A stretch of 46,632 nt of DNA from Clostridia bacterium (GCA_012841935.1 DUTS01000103.1:1-46632), one strand, 5' to 3'. Numbered from the stretch's first letter, positions 8,777-17,354 are shown. Notes: generated by a model from the sequence alone, not told the origin. A program made the numbers and translations.

Positions 8777-10135
8777 ATGGGTTATCGGGTAGTTAAGGAT
8801 TTTTTAGGGGAGGTATTGGTTCCTAAGGGGAAATTATGGGGAGCCCAAACTCAAAGAAGTTTGGAAAAATTTAAGATCGGTCAAGAAAAAATGCCTTTGG
8901 AAATAATTAGGGCCTTAGTGTTGATTAAAAAGGCTGCTGCTGAGGCAAATGCAGCTTTGGATTTATTGACTGAGGAAATTGCTGTGGCGATTGTGCAGGC
9001 TTGTCAAGAAGTTTTAGCAGGTCATTTTGCCGATAATTTCCCTTTAATGGTTTGGCAAACAGGCAGTGGTACCCAAACCAATATGAATGTTAATGAGGTC
9101 ATTGCTTACCGGGCCAACCAAATTTTAGGTGAAAATTTGGTCGATCCCCATGACCACGTTAATTTGGGTCAGAGTTCTAATGATGTTTTCCCTACCGCAA
9201 TACATTTAGCGGGAGTAGTGGCTGTGGAAGATCGCTTGATCCCGGTTCTAGAAAAATTAGAAAAAACCTTAAACCAAAAAAGCCAAGCCTATAATCAGGT
9301 GTTAAAATTGGGACGTACACATTTACAGGATGCTTTGCCACTTACTTTTGGGCAAGAAATAAGTGCATGGATGCTGATCTTTAGTAAGCATTTGAAATGT
9401 TTAAAAGAGAATTTGAATTGTTTGCGGGAACTAGCGATTGGTGGTACCGCGGTAGGCACAGGTTATGGTACACACCCGGAATTTGCCGCTAAAGTAGTGA
9501 GATTATTACAAAAAGCAACTGGAAAGAAATTAGCTGTTGCTTCTAATAAATTTTATGCCTTGACTAGCCAGTCCCCTCTGGTAATTGTACATGGAATTTT
9601 AAAAGCCTTGGCTGCCGATATAATGAAAATGGCCAATGATCTTAGCTGGTTGGCTAGTGGTCCGCGTTGTGGTTTGGGTGAAATAGAATTACCAGCTAAT
9701 GAGCCTGGTAGTTCCATGATGCCGGGTAAGATTAATCCCACACAATGTGAGGCGATAACTATGGTTGCCTGTCAGGTAATGGGAAATGATTTAAGTATTT
9801 CCCTTGCTGCCAGTCAAGGTCAGTTGCAGTTAAATACCTTTATGCCGGTTTGTGCTTATAATTTCTTGCAATCTTTGGATTTATTAAGTAGTGGTTTAGC
9901 TTCTTTTGAGCAGCATTGTTTACGAGGTTTAAAACCGTGTGTGCAACAAATGCAATTTTATGTGGATAATTCCCTAATGTTGGCTACAGCCTTGAGTCGG
10001 CATTTGGGATATGAAAAAACGGCTGTGATTGTTAATAAAGCTATCCGGGAAAATTTAACTCTTAAAACTGCTGCTTTAGAGGTGTTAACTGAGGCGAAGT
10101 TTAAAGAATATGTTCAACCAGAAAAAATGGTTTAA
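8777..10135 (+). CDS. fumC: class II fumarate hydratase
   Basis: WGAQTQRSLEKFKIG, TGSGTQTNMNVNEV, GQSSNDVFPTA, GSSMMPGKINP signature. ATG 8777 after AGGGGTGG is preferred over the GTG at 8768. Confidence 0.9.
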   Translation: MGYRVVKDFLGEVLVPKGKLWGAQTQRSLEKFKIGQEKMPLEIIRALVLIKKAAAEANAALDLLTEEIAVAIVQACQEVLAGHFADNFPLMVWQTGSGTQTNMNVNEVIAYRANQILGENLVDPHDHVNLGQSSNDVFPTAIHLAGVVAVEDRLIPVLEKLEKTLNQKSQAYNQVLKLGRTHLQDALPLTFGQEISAWMLIFSKHLKCLKENLNCLRELAIGGTAVGTGYGTHPEFAAKVVRLLQKATGKKLAVASNKFYALTSQSPLVIVHGILKALAADIMKMANDLSWLASGPRCGLGEIELPANEPGSSMMPGKINPTQCEAITMVACQVMGNDLSISLAASQGQLQLNTFMPVCAYNFLQSLDLLSSGLASFEQHCLRGLKPCVQQMQFYVDNSLMLATALSRHLGYEKTAVIVNKAIRENLTLKTAALEVLTEAKFKEYVQPEKMV

Positions 10136-10151
10136 AAAGGAGCGAAATCTA

Positions 10152-11315
10152 GTGGATTATCGGCAAAAAGCTTTGGAATTACATCAGCGTTTGCGGGGGA
10201 AAATAGGGATTTATAATAAAATTAATTTACAGAATGAAGCTGATTTGGCTTTAGTTTATACTCCTGGGGTTGCTGAACCTTGTAAATTGATAGCCCAGAA
10301 TAAAGAATTGGCTTATCAGTATACTGCTAAAGGTAATCTTTTGGCGGTGGTTACTGATGGTACAGCAGTTTTAGGCTTAGGGAATCTTGGCCCAGAGGCA
10401 GCTCTGCCGGTAATCGAAGGTAAATGTTTTTTATTCAAGGAATTTGCTGACATTGATGCTTTGCCACTTTGTTTGGGGACAACTGATGTTGATGAAATTG
10501 TGGAAACAATTATTCATCTAGCCCCTACTTTTGGCGGCATCAATTTAGAAGATATTAGCAGTCCCCGCTGTTTTGCAATTTTAAGGAAATTAAAACAAAA
10601 ATTAAGTATCCCCGTTTTTCATGATGACTGTCAAGGTACGGCTGTAGTCGTCTTGGCGGCTTTAATTAATGCTGCTCAGATTTTAAAGCGAGATTTAAGA
10701 CAATTGGAAATAGTGATTAATGGTGTGGGAGCAGCTGGTATAGGTATTGCGGAACTTTTAAAAGCTGCAGGTTTACAAAAGTTAATTTTATGTACACGGG
10801 AGGGGGCCCTTTATCCGGGTTGTCCACAAAAATTAGATGAAGAGCAGTTTCGTTTAGTTAAAAGTACTAATCCGGAGCGAAAAAAAGGTAAATTATTAGA
10901 GGTGCTCAGTGGAGCCGATGTTTTCATCGGTGTCTCCGGGCCACAGGTTTTAAACAGAGAAATGATTCGCAAGATGAACTCACAGCCCATCATCTTTGCC
11001 TTGGCTAATCCTTTGCCAGAGATTAAACCTGAGGAAGCTTTGGCCGCTGGGGCCTTTATTGTGGGTACAGGTCGTTCGGATTATCCCAATCAAATTAATA
11101 ATTTATTGGCCTTTCCCGGTATTTTTCGCGGTGCCTTGGCTGTGCAGGCTAAGGAAATTAATGAACTGATGCTTTTGGAGGCAGCACGGGCCTTAGCTCA
11201 AATAATTGTACCTAGTAAAACTAGGCTTTTGCCTAAGGTGTTTGATTCTCGTGTAAGTACTGTTTTGGCAGAGGCTGTGGCGGCAGCGGCATTTAAATCA
11301 GGAGTAGTGAGATAG
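10152..11315 (+). CDS. NAD(P)-dependent malic enzyme (short bacterial type)
   Basis: LALVYTPGVAEPC, VVTDGTAVLGLGNLG, FGGINLEDI, GVGAAGIG Rossmann motif. GTG 10152 lies 9 nt after GGAG. The alternative ATG at 10110 overlaps fumC. Confidence 0.85.
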   Translation: MDYRQKALELHQRLRGKIGIYNKINLQNEADLALVYTPGVAEPCKLIAQNKELAYQYTAKGNLLAVVTDGTAVLGLGNLGPEAALPVIEGKCFLFKEFADIDALPLCLGTTDVDEIVETIIHLAPTFGGINLEDISSPRCFAILRKLKQKLSIPVFHDDCQGTAVVVLAALINAAQILKRDLRQLEIVINGVGAAGIGIAELLKAAGLQKLILCTREGALYPGCPQKLDEEQFRLVKSTNPERKKGKLLEVLSGADVFIGVSGPQVLNREMIRKMNSQPIIFALANPLPEIKPEEALAAGAFIVGTGRSDYPNQINNLLAFPGIFRGALAVQAKEINELMLLEAARALAQIIVPSKTRLLPKVFDSRVSTVLAEAVAAAAFKSGVVR

Positions 11316-12089
11316 AAATTGTTCAAGAAGATCGAAACGGCGCTGTCGGCGATAGGGGGTATGGTTTTGAGGGGTTTGCCAAATTTCTTTAAGAGGTGTA
11401 CCTTCTAAATAGTGGAGGGCTTGTTGGCAATCTCCGATAATTGTGGCAGCAATATTTTGGGTATGGGTCATTGTCCGTAAGGGTGATCCTAATTGGTGGT
11501 GGGAAATGGTGGCCCCCAGTCCAATTCGGAATTTGTTTTCAGCAGTCCAAGCTAGGGCTAGGGGAGGAATGGCTAATGTTTTCAAGGGTATGGAAGTTAA
11601 TAATTTTCCGGAAATTGCATGTGGGCCATGACTGGGAGTAGCTAAACCAATTTGGGGTACTAGCCCCAGTTTTTTATTGACTTTATAGCGATATTTTAAA
11701 ACTAGGTTGGCTAGATCAGTGGTGGCGGGAGTAGGATAACAATTGGTTAAGGCTAAATCTAACCCTTGTTTAATTCCTTTAAGTAAATTTTGTAATGTAG
11801 AACCAAGTGGACCACACATATCACCATCAAGAAAAAGTAGGGCTGTGGGCTTGTATTGTTTAGCATATGCAGCTCCCACGGCCCTAGGTATATCTAAACC
11901 TAAGGGGACGGGAAAGGAGATTAAGTCAATGTTTTGCGGGGAATTTATTTGTAGGATTTTATTTTCGGTACAATCTGTACAGCCATTAGCCACAAAAATA
12001 AGTTGCTGTAAATTACAGGATTGTAAATTTTTAAGAACAAAGGCAATGTTTTTTGCCTCATTATAAGCAGGGATAACGGCTATTTGCAT
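11298..12089 (-). CDS. hypothetical protein with GT-A (family-2 glycosyltransferase-like) N-terminal fold
   Basis: IAVIPAYNEAKNI start typical of GT2, and LFLDGDM (DxD). AAAGGAGGAAAATAA-ATG SD. The C-terminal half is unrecognised. The 3' end overlaps the malic-enzyme 3' end by 18 nt. Confidence 0.5.
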   Translation of the reverse strand: MQIAVIPAYNEAKNIAFVLKNLQSCNLQQLIFVANGCTDCTENKILQINSPQNIDLISFPVPLGLDIPRAVGAAYAKQYKPTALLFLDGDMCGPLGSTLQNLLKGIKQGLDLALTNCYPTPATTDLANLVLKYRYKVNKKLGLVPQIGLATPSHGPHAISGKLLTSIPLKTLAIPPLALAWTAENKFRIGLGATISHHQLGSPLRTMTHTQNIAATIIGDCQQALHYLEGTPLKEIWQTPQNHTPYRRQRRFDLLEQFLSHYS

Positions 12090-12244
12090 TTATTTTCCTC
12101 CTTTTGTGGTAGCTTGTTCTATGCTATGTATTGTAGACCTATGAGGTGCAATTTTTTAGAACCATATTTCCCTTTTAAACCTATAATGATAATGAAAGGA
12201 CTAATTGTGCGGATTAATAAATCCGCAAGATGGGGAGATGACAA

Positions 12245-13132
12245 ATGCGAGAACATTTGCAAATAGGCGATATTGTAGGCCGTAAATCCCATGGTAGTGA
12301 TATTTTGTTTCGTATCGTTAAAATTGTTCACGAAGGTAATGAGGAAAAGGCTTTTTTAAGAGGTGTGGATATTAGGTTGTATGCTGATGCACCATTGTGT
12401 GATTTAGAGAAAAAAATTTTGTCCGAGATCAGCAGATATAGGCAGGAATATATTAAAAAAAATTCTGCCTGCTTGCGTCGTATTTTTGAACGCCGTTTGG
12501 AGGAAAAAACTAATTTTTTTTTGAAAAGAAGCTCTGATTTAAAAAAAAATCAACTTAATGGTTTTAGTTATTATGAAATTCCCGGTCGCGTTTTACATTT
12601 AGATGGTGATAAAGATTATTTGCAGTTATGTAAAACTACTTATGCACAATTAAACATTAAAATGGATGGATTTGAAGTACCAGAAAAAAAACAACCAGAA
12701 TTAGTAGGAAAATATTTGGAAGAATATGCTCCCAATATTTTAGTTTTGACAGGTCATGATGGTTTCTTGAAAAATGCTACAGACTTTAAAGATTTGTGTA
12801 ATTATCGTAATTCGGCTTATTTTTTTAAAGCAGTTCGCAAAGCCCGTGAATATGAACCGAGTCGTGATGATTTAATTATTTTTGCCGGGGCCTGTCAGTC
12901 ACATTATGAGGCTTTAATTGCCGCTGGTGCTAATTTTGCTAGTTCACCTCAGAGGATTTTTATTCATGCTTTTGATCCGGTTTTTATTGCGGAAAAACTA
13001 GCCTATAGTTCTATTTACGAGACTATATGTGTTAAAGATGTTTTAAATAATACGATTACTGGTTTAGATGGAGTGGGAGGTATTGAAACAAGGGGGTGTT
13101 TGCGTTTGGGTTATCCCCAATCACCTTATTAA
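12245..13132 (+). CDS. yabG: sporulation-specific protease YabG (peptidase U57)
   Basis: IGDIVGRKSHGSDILFRI N-terminus, ILVLTGHDG and FAGACQSHYEAL motifs. Position before veg, as in B. subtilis. Confidence 0.85.
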   Translation: MREHLQIGDIVGRKSHGSDILFRIVKIVHEGNEEKAFLRGVDIRLYADAPLCDLEKKILSEISRYRQEYIKKNSACLRRIFERRLEEKTNFFLKRSSDLKKNQLNGFSYYEIPGRVLHLDGDKDYLQLCKTTYAQLNIKMDGFEVPEKKQPELVGKYLEEYAPNILVLTGHDGFLKNATDFKDLCNYRNSAYFFKAVRKAREYEPSRDDLIIFAGACQSHYEALIAAGANFASSPQRIFIHAFDPVFIAEKLAYSSIYETICVKDVLNNTITGLDGVGGIETRGCLRLGYPQSPY

Positions 13133-13175
13133 TCTTCATTAATTTAAATTTTCTTGGAAAAAAATGATTTTTCGA

Positions 13176-13205
13176 TTGACAAGCACTAAAGCGGTTTAGT
13201 ATAAT
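13176..13205 (+). promoter_or_regulatory. upstream sigma-A-type promoter of veg
   Basis: TTGACA (13176-13181), 18 nt, TATAAT (13200-13205). Confidence 0.5.
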
Positions 13206-13216
13206 TATTAGTTTGT

Positions 13217-13245
13217 TTGACAAGGCTCTAGTCTCATGTTATAAT
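13217..13245 (+). promoter_or_regulatory. consensus sigma-A promoter of veg
   Basis: TTGACA (13217-13222), 17 nt, TGtTATAAT (13237-13245): perfect -35, extended -10 and spacing. Confidence 0.65.
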
Positions 13246-13277
13246 TGGTTTGTTGATTAATGAAAGAGGGTGGTGTT

Positions 13278-13553
13278 TTGTCAGCAAAAAGGGTTTTCGC
13301 GGAAATTAAACGTGGTTTGGAGCCATTTGTCGGTAATAAAATTAAACTAAAGGCTAATCGCGGTCGTCGAAGAATTATAGAAAAAATAGGTGTCTTGGAA
13401 AATATTTATCCCAATATTTTTGTGGTTTGTGTAGATGAGAAACAGGTTAAACGCCGCATTTCCTTTACTTATGCTGATATCTTAACAGATACGGTACAAG
13501 TAACTGTTTTTGATGGTGACAAAAATATTAGAATAACCGCTGATGGTTTTTAA
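13278..13553 (+). CDS. veg: Veg (DUF1021) protein
   Basis: KLKANRGRRRIIEKIGVLENIYPNIFVV and SFTYADILTDTV match B. subtilis Veg. TTG 13278 lies 8 nt after GAGG. The ATG at 13260 would lie about 8 nt from the predicted TSS with no SD. Confidence 0.85.
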   Translation: MSAKRVFAEIKRGLEPFVGNKIKLKANRGRRRIIEKIGVLENIYPNIFVVCVDEKQVKRRISFTYADILTDTVQVTVFDGDKNIRITADGF

Positions 13554-13570
13554 TTATCAGCGGTTTTTTT
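13535..13570 (+). terminator. intrinsic terminator overlapping the veg stop
   Basis: AACCGCTGAT / ATCAGCGGTT stem followed by T7. Confidence 0.6.
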
Positions 13571-13586
13571 AGTCATATTTTGCCAC

Positions 13587-13619
13587 ACCCCTTAAATTCT
13601 ATTAAAAAGGGGTTTTTTT
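13587..13619 (+). terminator. second intrinsic terminator
   Basis: ACCCCTT-13 nt-AAGGGGT followed by T7. Confidence 0.55.
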
Positions 13620-13741
13620 AATGTTTAAGCAGCTTCCCGCGGTGGGAAGCATCTTTAAGGAAAAGATTGCGGGTTTGTCTGGGGAGAAAACAAAGGCGTA
13701 AAATTAAGATGATTAATCTATTTAAGGGGGCGAGGTGGACG

Positions 13742-14647
13742 ATGAAACAGCGTTTATTTAAAGGCCTGGGTTTCTTTTTGTTGGGGATGCTCTTTTTCTG
13801 CAGTTGGGATGTAATTCCGGTTTATGCCGAGAATTTAGTTTACCGCACCTTGGTACTTGGTAAAGATGTGGTGCAAATTCGTCCTAATGAAAAGGATCAA
13901 GAGGTTTATGAATTCTTGTTTAATGAACAAGTAGTAATGCGTTATCGTACGATGTCTCAGGGTTTAAGTGCCTCAGAACGGGCTTTGGTTCTTTGGGAAA
14001 GGGTAAATAATTTTGGTCAGGCGTTATCCCAGGGTGAAATTAAAGTAGCTGTTTGGCAGGGGAATTATGTAATTTTGCTTGATGAACAATTATTACTTAC
14101 GGTAACCGCGGCTGATTATTTGGCTAATAATTCTACGGCTGAGGGTTTGGCCAATGTTTGGGCAACAAATTTTAAAAAAGCACGTCAAATTAAACCTCTG
14201 GTAGAAATAGTGCCGGAAATTTCACACAAGGAACCACTACTTCGGGATGAGGAAATTCCGGAAGTGGCGGACTCAGAAGAAATAAAAATGTGGGAATTGG
14301 TTAATGCGGAAAGGGCTAAGGCTGGTGTGCCGCCTGTGGAGTTTGATGAAGGCTTGGCAGAAGTGGCCTGTTTGAAATCAGCTGATCTGATTACTCATAA
14401 TTATTTTAGTCATCATTCACCTACATATGGGGATCCTTTTGTGATGTTAAAATCATTTGGTATTACCTATAATTATGCTGGGGAAAATTTGGCAGGTAGC
14501 CCCACTGTAGAGATAGCTCATCAGAATTTGATGGCTTCACCTGGACATCGAAAAAATATTCTTAATCCTAATTTTACGCACTTAGGAATTGGGATTGTAA
14601 AGGGTGGGCCCTATGGCCAAATGTTTACCCAACTGTTTACTGGTTGA
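13742..14647 (+). CDS. secreted CAP/SCP-domain protein (YkwD-like) with a roughly 190-aa N-terminal region of unknown function
   Basis: Signal/TM segment, then a C-terminal CAP domain (LVNAERAKAGVPP, NYFSHHSPTYG, AGENLA, GHRKNILNPNFTHLGIG). ATG 13742 follows GAGGTGG. Confidence 0.75.
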   Translation: MKQRLFKGLGFFLLGMLFFCSWDVIPVYAENLVYRTLVLGKDVVQIRPNEKDQEVYEFLFNEQVVMRYRTMSQGLSASERALVLWERVNNFGQALSQGEIKVAVWQGNYVILLDEQLLLTVTAADYLANNSTAEGLANVWATNFKKARQIKPLVEIVPEISHKEPLLRDEEIPEVADSEEIKMWELVNAERAKAGVPPVEFDEGLAEVACLKSADLITHNYFSHHSPTYGDPFVMLKSFGITYNYAGENLAGSPTVEIAHQNLMASPGHRKNILNPNFTHLGIGIVKGGPYGQMFTQLFTG

Positions 14648-14735
14648 GACACAATAAAGACCGACTTTTCATATCATAAAGTAATAAAATAATTGTAAGG
14701 CACAGATATTTAGTTGAAAAGGAGGTCGTGTCAGC

Positions 14736-16283
14736 ATGGATATTACCGTTGAAACGCGTCGTTTAAAGGTGGAAAATGTTGTTGGGGAAGCTGTTAAACA
14801 GGTGAATGTCGTTCGTAATATTACCTTGCCCGTAAAGGCGAAAAAGATTGAAAGTATTGATGCCAAAATTGAAAATGTGAAGCATAAGATTATTGATAAT
14901 AAAATAGTTGTGGAGGCAGATCTTAAAAAACAGGTTTATTATGTAGAGTGTTATTCTGGGCATGTACAGGAATATACTGTACCTACGGAAAAGGTTACCG
15001 AATTTGTGCACCTAAAAGGTGCTGTACCGGGAATGGATGCAAGGGTAAGTGTTTCCATAGAATATTGTGATGTAGAAGGTGTTTATTTACGAGATAGTAA
15101 AAAATGTTATCGTCAGTTTCAGCAAACCTGTATTTTAAAAATAAAGGTAAGAGTAATTGAAATGGTTGAAATTGATGTAGTCACTAATGTGCTTGGGGAA
15201 GGGATTGAGCCTACCTTTGCCACGGTAACCATCGATAATATTATTGGGGTTGGGGTAAAACAGCATAATATTAGTGATAGTTTAGTGGAACTACCGGCAG
15301 CCACAAAAAAGATTAAAAGTATTGACGCAGAAATAGAAGATATTGAGGAAAAGGTTATTCCCGGGAAAGTTATTGTTAAAGGGAATTTGCACAAACAAAT
15401 TTATTATGTACTTAGTCCTTGTGGTGAGGTAAAGGAAATGTCGGTTGATGTTCCTTTTACTGTTTTTGTACCAGTGGAAGGGGCACGTAAAGGAGCTAAT
15501 ATTTCTACTGATATTGAAATTGAATATATTGATAGTGAATTGATTACTAGAGACTGCCGCAAATTTGTTCGAGAAACCGTGGTTATTAAATTAAGAGCCA
15601 GTGTAAGTGAACGCCTGACTCTCAACATTGTTACCGCAGTATTAGGTGCTGAAGTAGATACCAGAACTTTAGTAATTGAAAATGCGATTGGTGTTGCGGA
15701 GCGGCAAGTTAATGTTTTGGCTAGTATTTTCACACCCACTGAAGCTCGTAAAATTAGCAAGGTAGACGCAGAATTAAGGGATTTAGAAGGTAAAGCCATA
15801 CCTAACAAAATAATTGTCAAAGGGACACTTCATAAACAAATTTATTATGTTTCTTCTATGGATAATCAACTGCGGGAACTGTCCTTGGATGAACCTTTTA
15901 CGGAGTTTATTCATTTGGACGGGGCTCAGGAAGGTGATGCCGTAAGTGTCTCTGGTCGTATCGAATATGTTAATGTGGAGGCTAAAGAAAAGACTCCCAC
16001 CTGTAGATGGCGGCAGACGGCGGTTTTGGAAATTAGGGCTAGAGTTACTGCTTCGGAGGAAATTACCGTGGTAACCGCAGTAAGACCCCTTGAGGAACCG
16101 GCGATCTGTCCCCCTGGAGAAACTTTTGATTATGTAGTTCAAAGAGGGGATACACTCTTTACTATTGCCACACAACATGGGGTTACAGTGCAGCAAATTA
16201 TGGCCGTTAATCCGGGAATTGCCGATCCTAATACACTTTCCGTGGGGCAAGTAATTAAAGTACCCTGTCCGGGTTTAGGTTAA
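14736..16283 (+). CDS. SipL-like sporulation protein: three tandem DUF3794/SPOCS repeats plus a C-terminal LysM domain
   Basis: Three units of about 140-150 aa (nt 14760-15185, 15219-15644, 15666-16085) share IGV..KQ.N, KKI.SIDA.I.D, K.IVKG.LHKQIYYV and IEY.. motifs. LysM at 16128-16265 (YVVQRGDTLFTIA...GQVIKVP). Confidence 0.7.
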   Translation: MDITVETRRLKVENVVGEAVKQVNVVRNITLPVKAKKIESIDAKIENVKHKIIDNKIVVEADLKKQVYYVECYSGHVQEYTVPTEKVTEFVHLKGAVPGMDARVSVSIEYCDVEGVYLRDSKKCYRQFQQTCILKIKVRVIEMVEIDVVTNVLGEGIEPTFATVTIDNIIGVGVKQHNISDSLVELPAATKKIKSIDAEIEDIEEKVIPGKVIVKGNLHKQIYYVLSPCGEVKEMSVDVPFTVFVPVEGARKGANISTDIEIEYIDSELITRDCRKFVRETVVIKLRASVSERLTLNIVTAVLGAEVDTRTLVIENAIGVAERQVNVLASIFTPTEARKISKVDAELRDLEGKAIPNKIIVKGTLHKQIYYVSSMDNQLRELSLDEPFTEFIHLDGAQEGDAVSVSGRIEYVNVEAKEKTPTCRWRQTAVLEIRARVTASEEITVVTAVRPLEEPAICPPGETFDYVVQRGDTLFTIATQHGVTVQQIMAVNPGIADPNTLSVGQVIKVPCPGLG

Positions 16284-16286
16284 AAA

Positions 16287-16332
16287 GAAACCAGTCACAA
16301 TCAGGCTTTGACCTGAGGTGGCTGGTCTTTTT
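16287..16332 (+). terminator. intrinsic terminator
   Basis: GAAACCAGTCAC / GTGGCTGGTCTT stem (one G:U pair) followed by TTTTT. Confidence 0.5.
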
Positions 16333-16355
16333 AATGATTAAAATGTTTTGAATTG

Positions 16356-16365
16356 GGTCAGACTA
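16356..16365 (+). promoter_or_regulatory. possible forespore sigma-F-type -10 element upstream of spoIIR
   Basis: GGTCAGACTA fits GGnnAnAHTR. The -35 is poor (TGATTA). It lies 24 nt before the GTG start. Confidence 0.25.
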
Positions 16366-16388
16366 GAGGTAGAGAGAGGGTGGTGTTT

Positions 16389-16940
16389 GTGAAAAAAATC
16401 TTGCTCGGTTTTATTTTATTAGTAGGCTTGGGAGTGTTATTGCTGTGGCCAAGTACACCACCTGTGATTAGGCTGCATATTTTGGCACATAGTAATAGTG
16501 AAATTGATCAGGCCTTAAAATATCGGGTGCGGGATGAAATAATTTGTTTATTGCAAAAGGAATTAGGGGATTTGCAAGATTTAGGTGAGGCTAGGGAAAC
16601 AGTGGTCAATCAGTTGCCAAATTTAATGACAAAAGCCCGTGAATGTGTTGCTCAAGAAGGTTTTAATTATTCGGTAGACGCTTTTTATGGTTGGTTTCAT
16701 TTTCCGAAAAAAAGTTATGATTCTATTTTCTTGCCAGCAGGACGTTATGAGGCTTTAAGGTTGGTTTTGGGTGAAGGTCGGGGAGAAAATTGGTGGTGTA
16801 TGCTTTTTCCACCTTTATGTTTTGTAAATGGAGAGCAGAGTTTATGTTTGGAAATAGAGGAAAAGGCAGGATTGGAAGAAATACAAATTAAACCTGCTTT
16901 GAAAATAGTGGAGGTTTTTAAGGATGTTTTAAATAAATAA
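16389..16940 (+). CDS. spoIIR: stage II sporulation protein R
   Basis: IRLHILAHSNSEIDQALKYRVRDEI and NWWCMLFPPLCF are SpoIIR hallmarks. GTG 16389 lies 5 nt after GAGAGGGTGG. Confidence 0.85.
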   Translation: MKKILLGFILLVGLGVLLLWPSTPPVIRLHILAHSNSEIDQALKYRVRDEIICLLQKELGDLQDLGEARETVVNQLPNLMTKARECVAQEGFNYSVDAFYGWFHFPKKSYDSIFLPAGRYEALRLVLGEGRGENWWCMLFPPLCFVNGEQSLCLEIEEKAGLEEIQIKPALKIVEVFKDVLNK

Positions 16941-16968
16941 GTGAGTTTTAAAGCCTATTTTGTGATAT

Positions 16969-17009
16969 AATTCAAACTGGCTAGTGTTAATTACTAGCCA
17001 GTTTGAATT
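16969..17009. terminator. bidirectional hairpin between convergent spoIIR and the L,D-transpeptidase gene
   Basis: Perfect 17-bp inverted repeat AATTCAAACTGGCTAGT-gttaatt-ACTAGCCAGTTTGAATT with a short T tract on the + side. Confidence 0.6.
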
Positions 17010-17354
17010 TTAGATGATGTACACTATGGTGCCTAAAGACACTAAAGGGAAAATAATTTCAATATCTCGATTATACATGCGAATACATCCTAGAGAAACG
17101 GCTTTACCGATACTAGACGGATTATTGGTGCCGTGAATCCCATAATGTGGTTTGCTGAGGCCCATCCATCTAGTACCAAAGACTTGCCGTCCATCCATAA
17201 TTTTTTTGTTAATAATTTTCCAAGTGCCAATGGGTGATGGTGTACTGGGTTTACCAATGGCGATCGGATAAGAATTGTAAAGTTGTGCTCTGCGATAAAG
17301 GTAAAGCCGTCTTTTATGGAGAATAATTTTGATAGAGACTTTGCTAGTAAGCAA
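17010..17354 (-). CDS. small L,D-transpeptidase (YkuD/ErfK domain only)
   Basis: YPIAIGKPSTPSPIGTW, GIHGTNNPSSIG, and catalytic SLGCIRM. TTG 17354 lies 6 nt after GAGGTG. The ORF-track start at 17402 has no SD. Confidence 0.8.
   Translation of the reverse strand: MLTSKVSIKIILHKRRLYLYRRAQLYNSYPIAIGKPSTPSPIGTWKIINKKIMDGRQVFGTRWMGLSKPHYGIHGTNNPSSIGKAVSLGCIRMYNRDIEIIFPLVSLGTIVYII

Noticed and set aside
11441-12066. Plus-strand ORFs (62-107 aa) opposite the GT-A-like gene
   Set aside because: The minus frame is the long one (263 aa), with a strong SD and a recognisable GT2-like N-terminus. The plus ORFs are fragmented across frames.
12209-12226. Perfect 7-bp hairpin GCGGATT-aata-AATCCGC just upstream of the yabG SD
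   Set aside because: There is no T-run and no alternative structure visible. It is too short to call a regulatory element. I also could not find a convincing sigma-E or sigma-K promoter here.
12514-12549. T9 and A9 homopolymer tracts 18 nt apart inside yabG (possible slippage or phase-variation site). There is also an A9 tract at the rsmA 5' end (7122-7130).
   Set aside because: The frame is intact, and such runs are common in Lys/Phe-rich stretches of AT-rich genomes. There is no evidence of variation from a single sequence.
14669-16250. A chain of minus-strand ORFs (65-155 aa) opposite the SipL-like gene
   Set aside because: The + frame carries the repeat structure and the LysM domain. 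The antisense frames are Ser/Thr/Ile-rich shadows with no starts backed by an SD.
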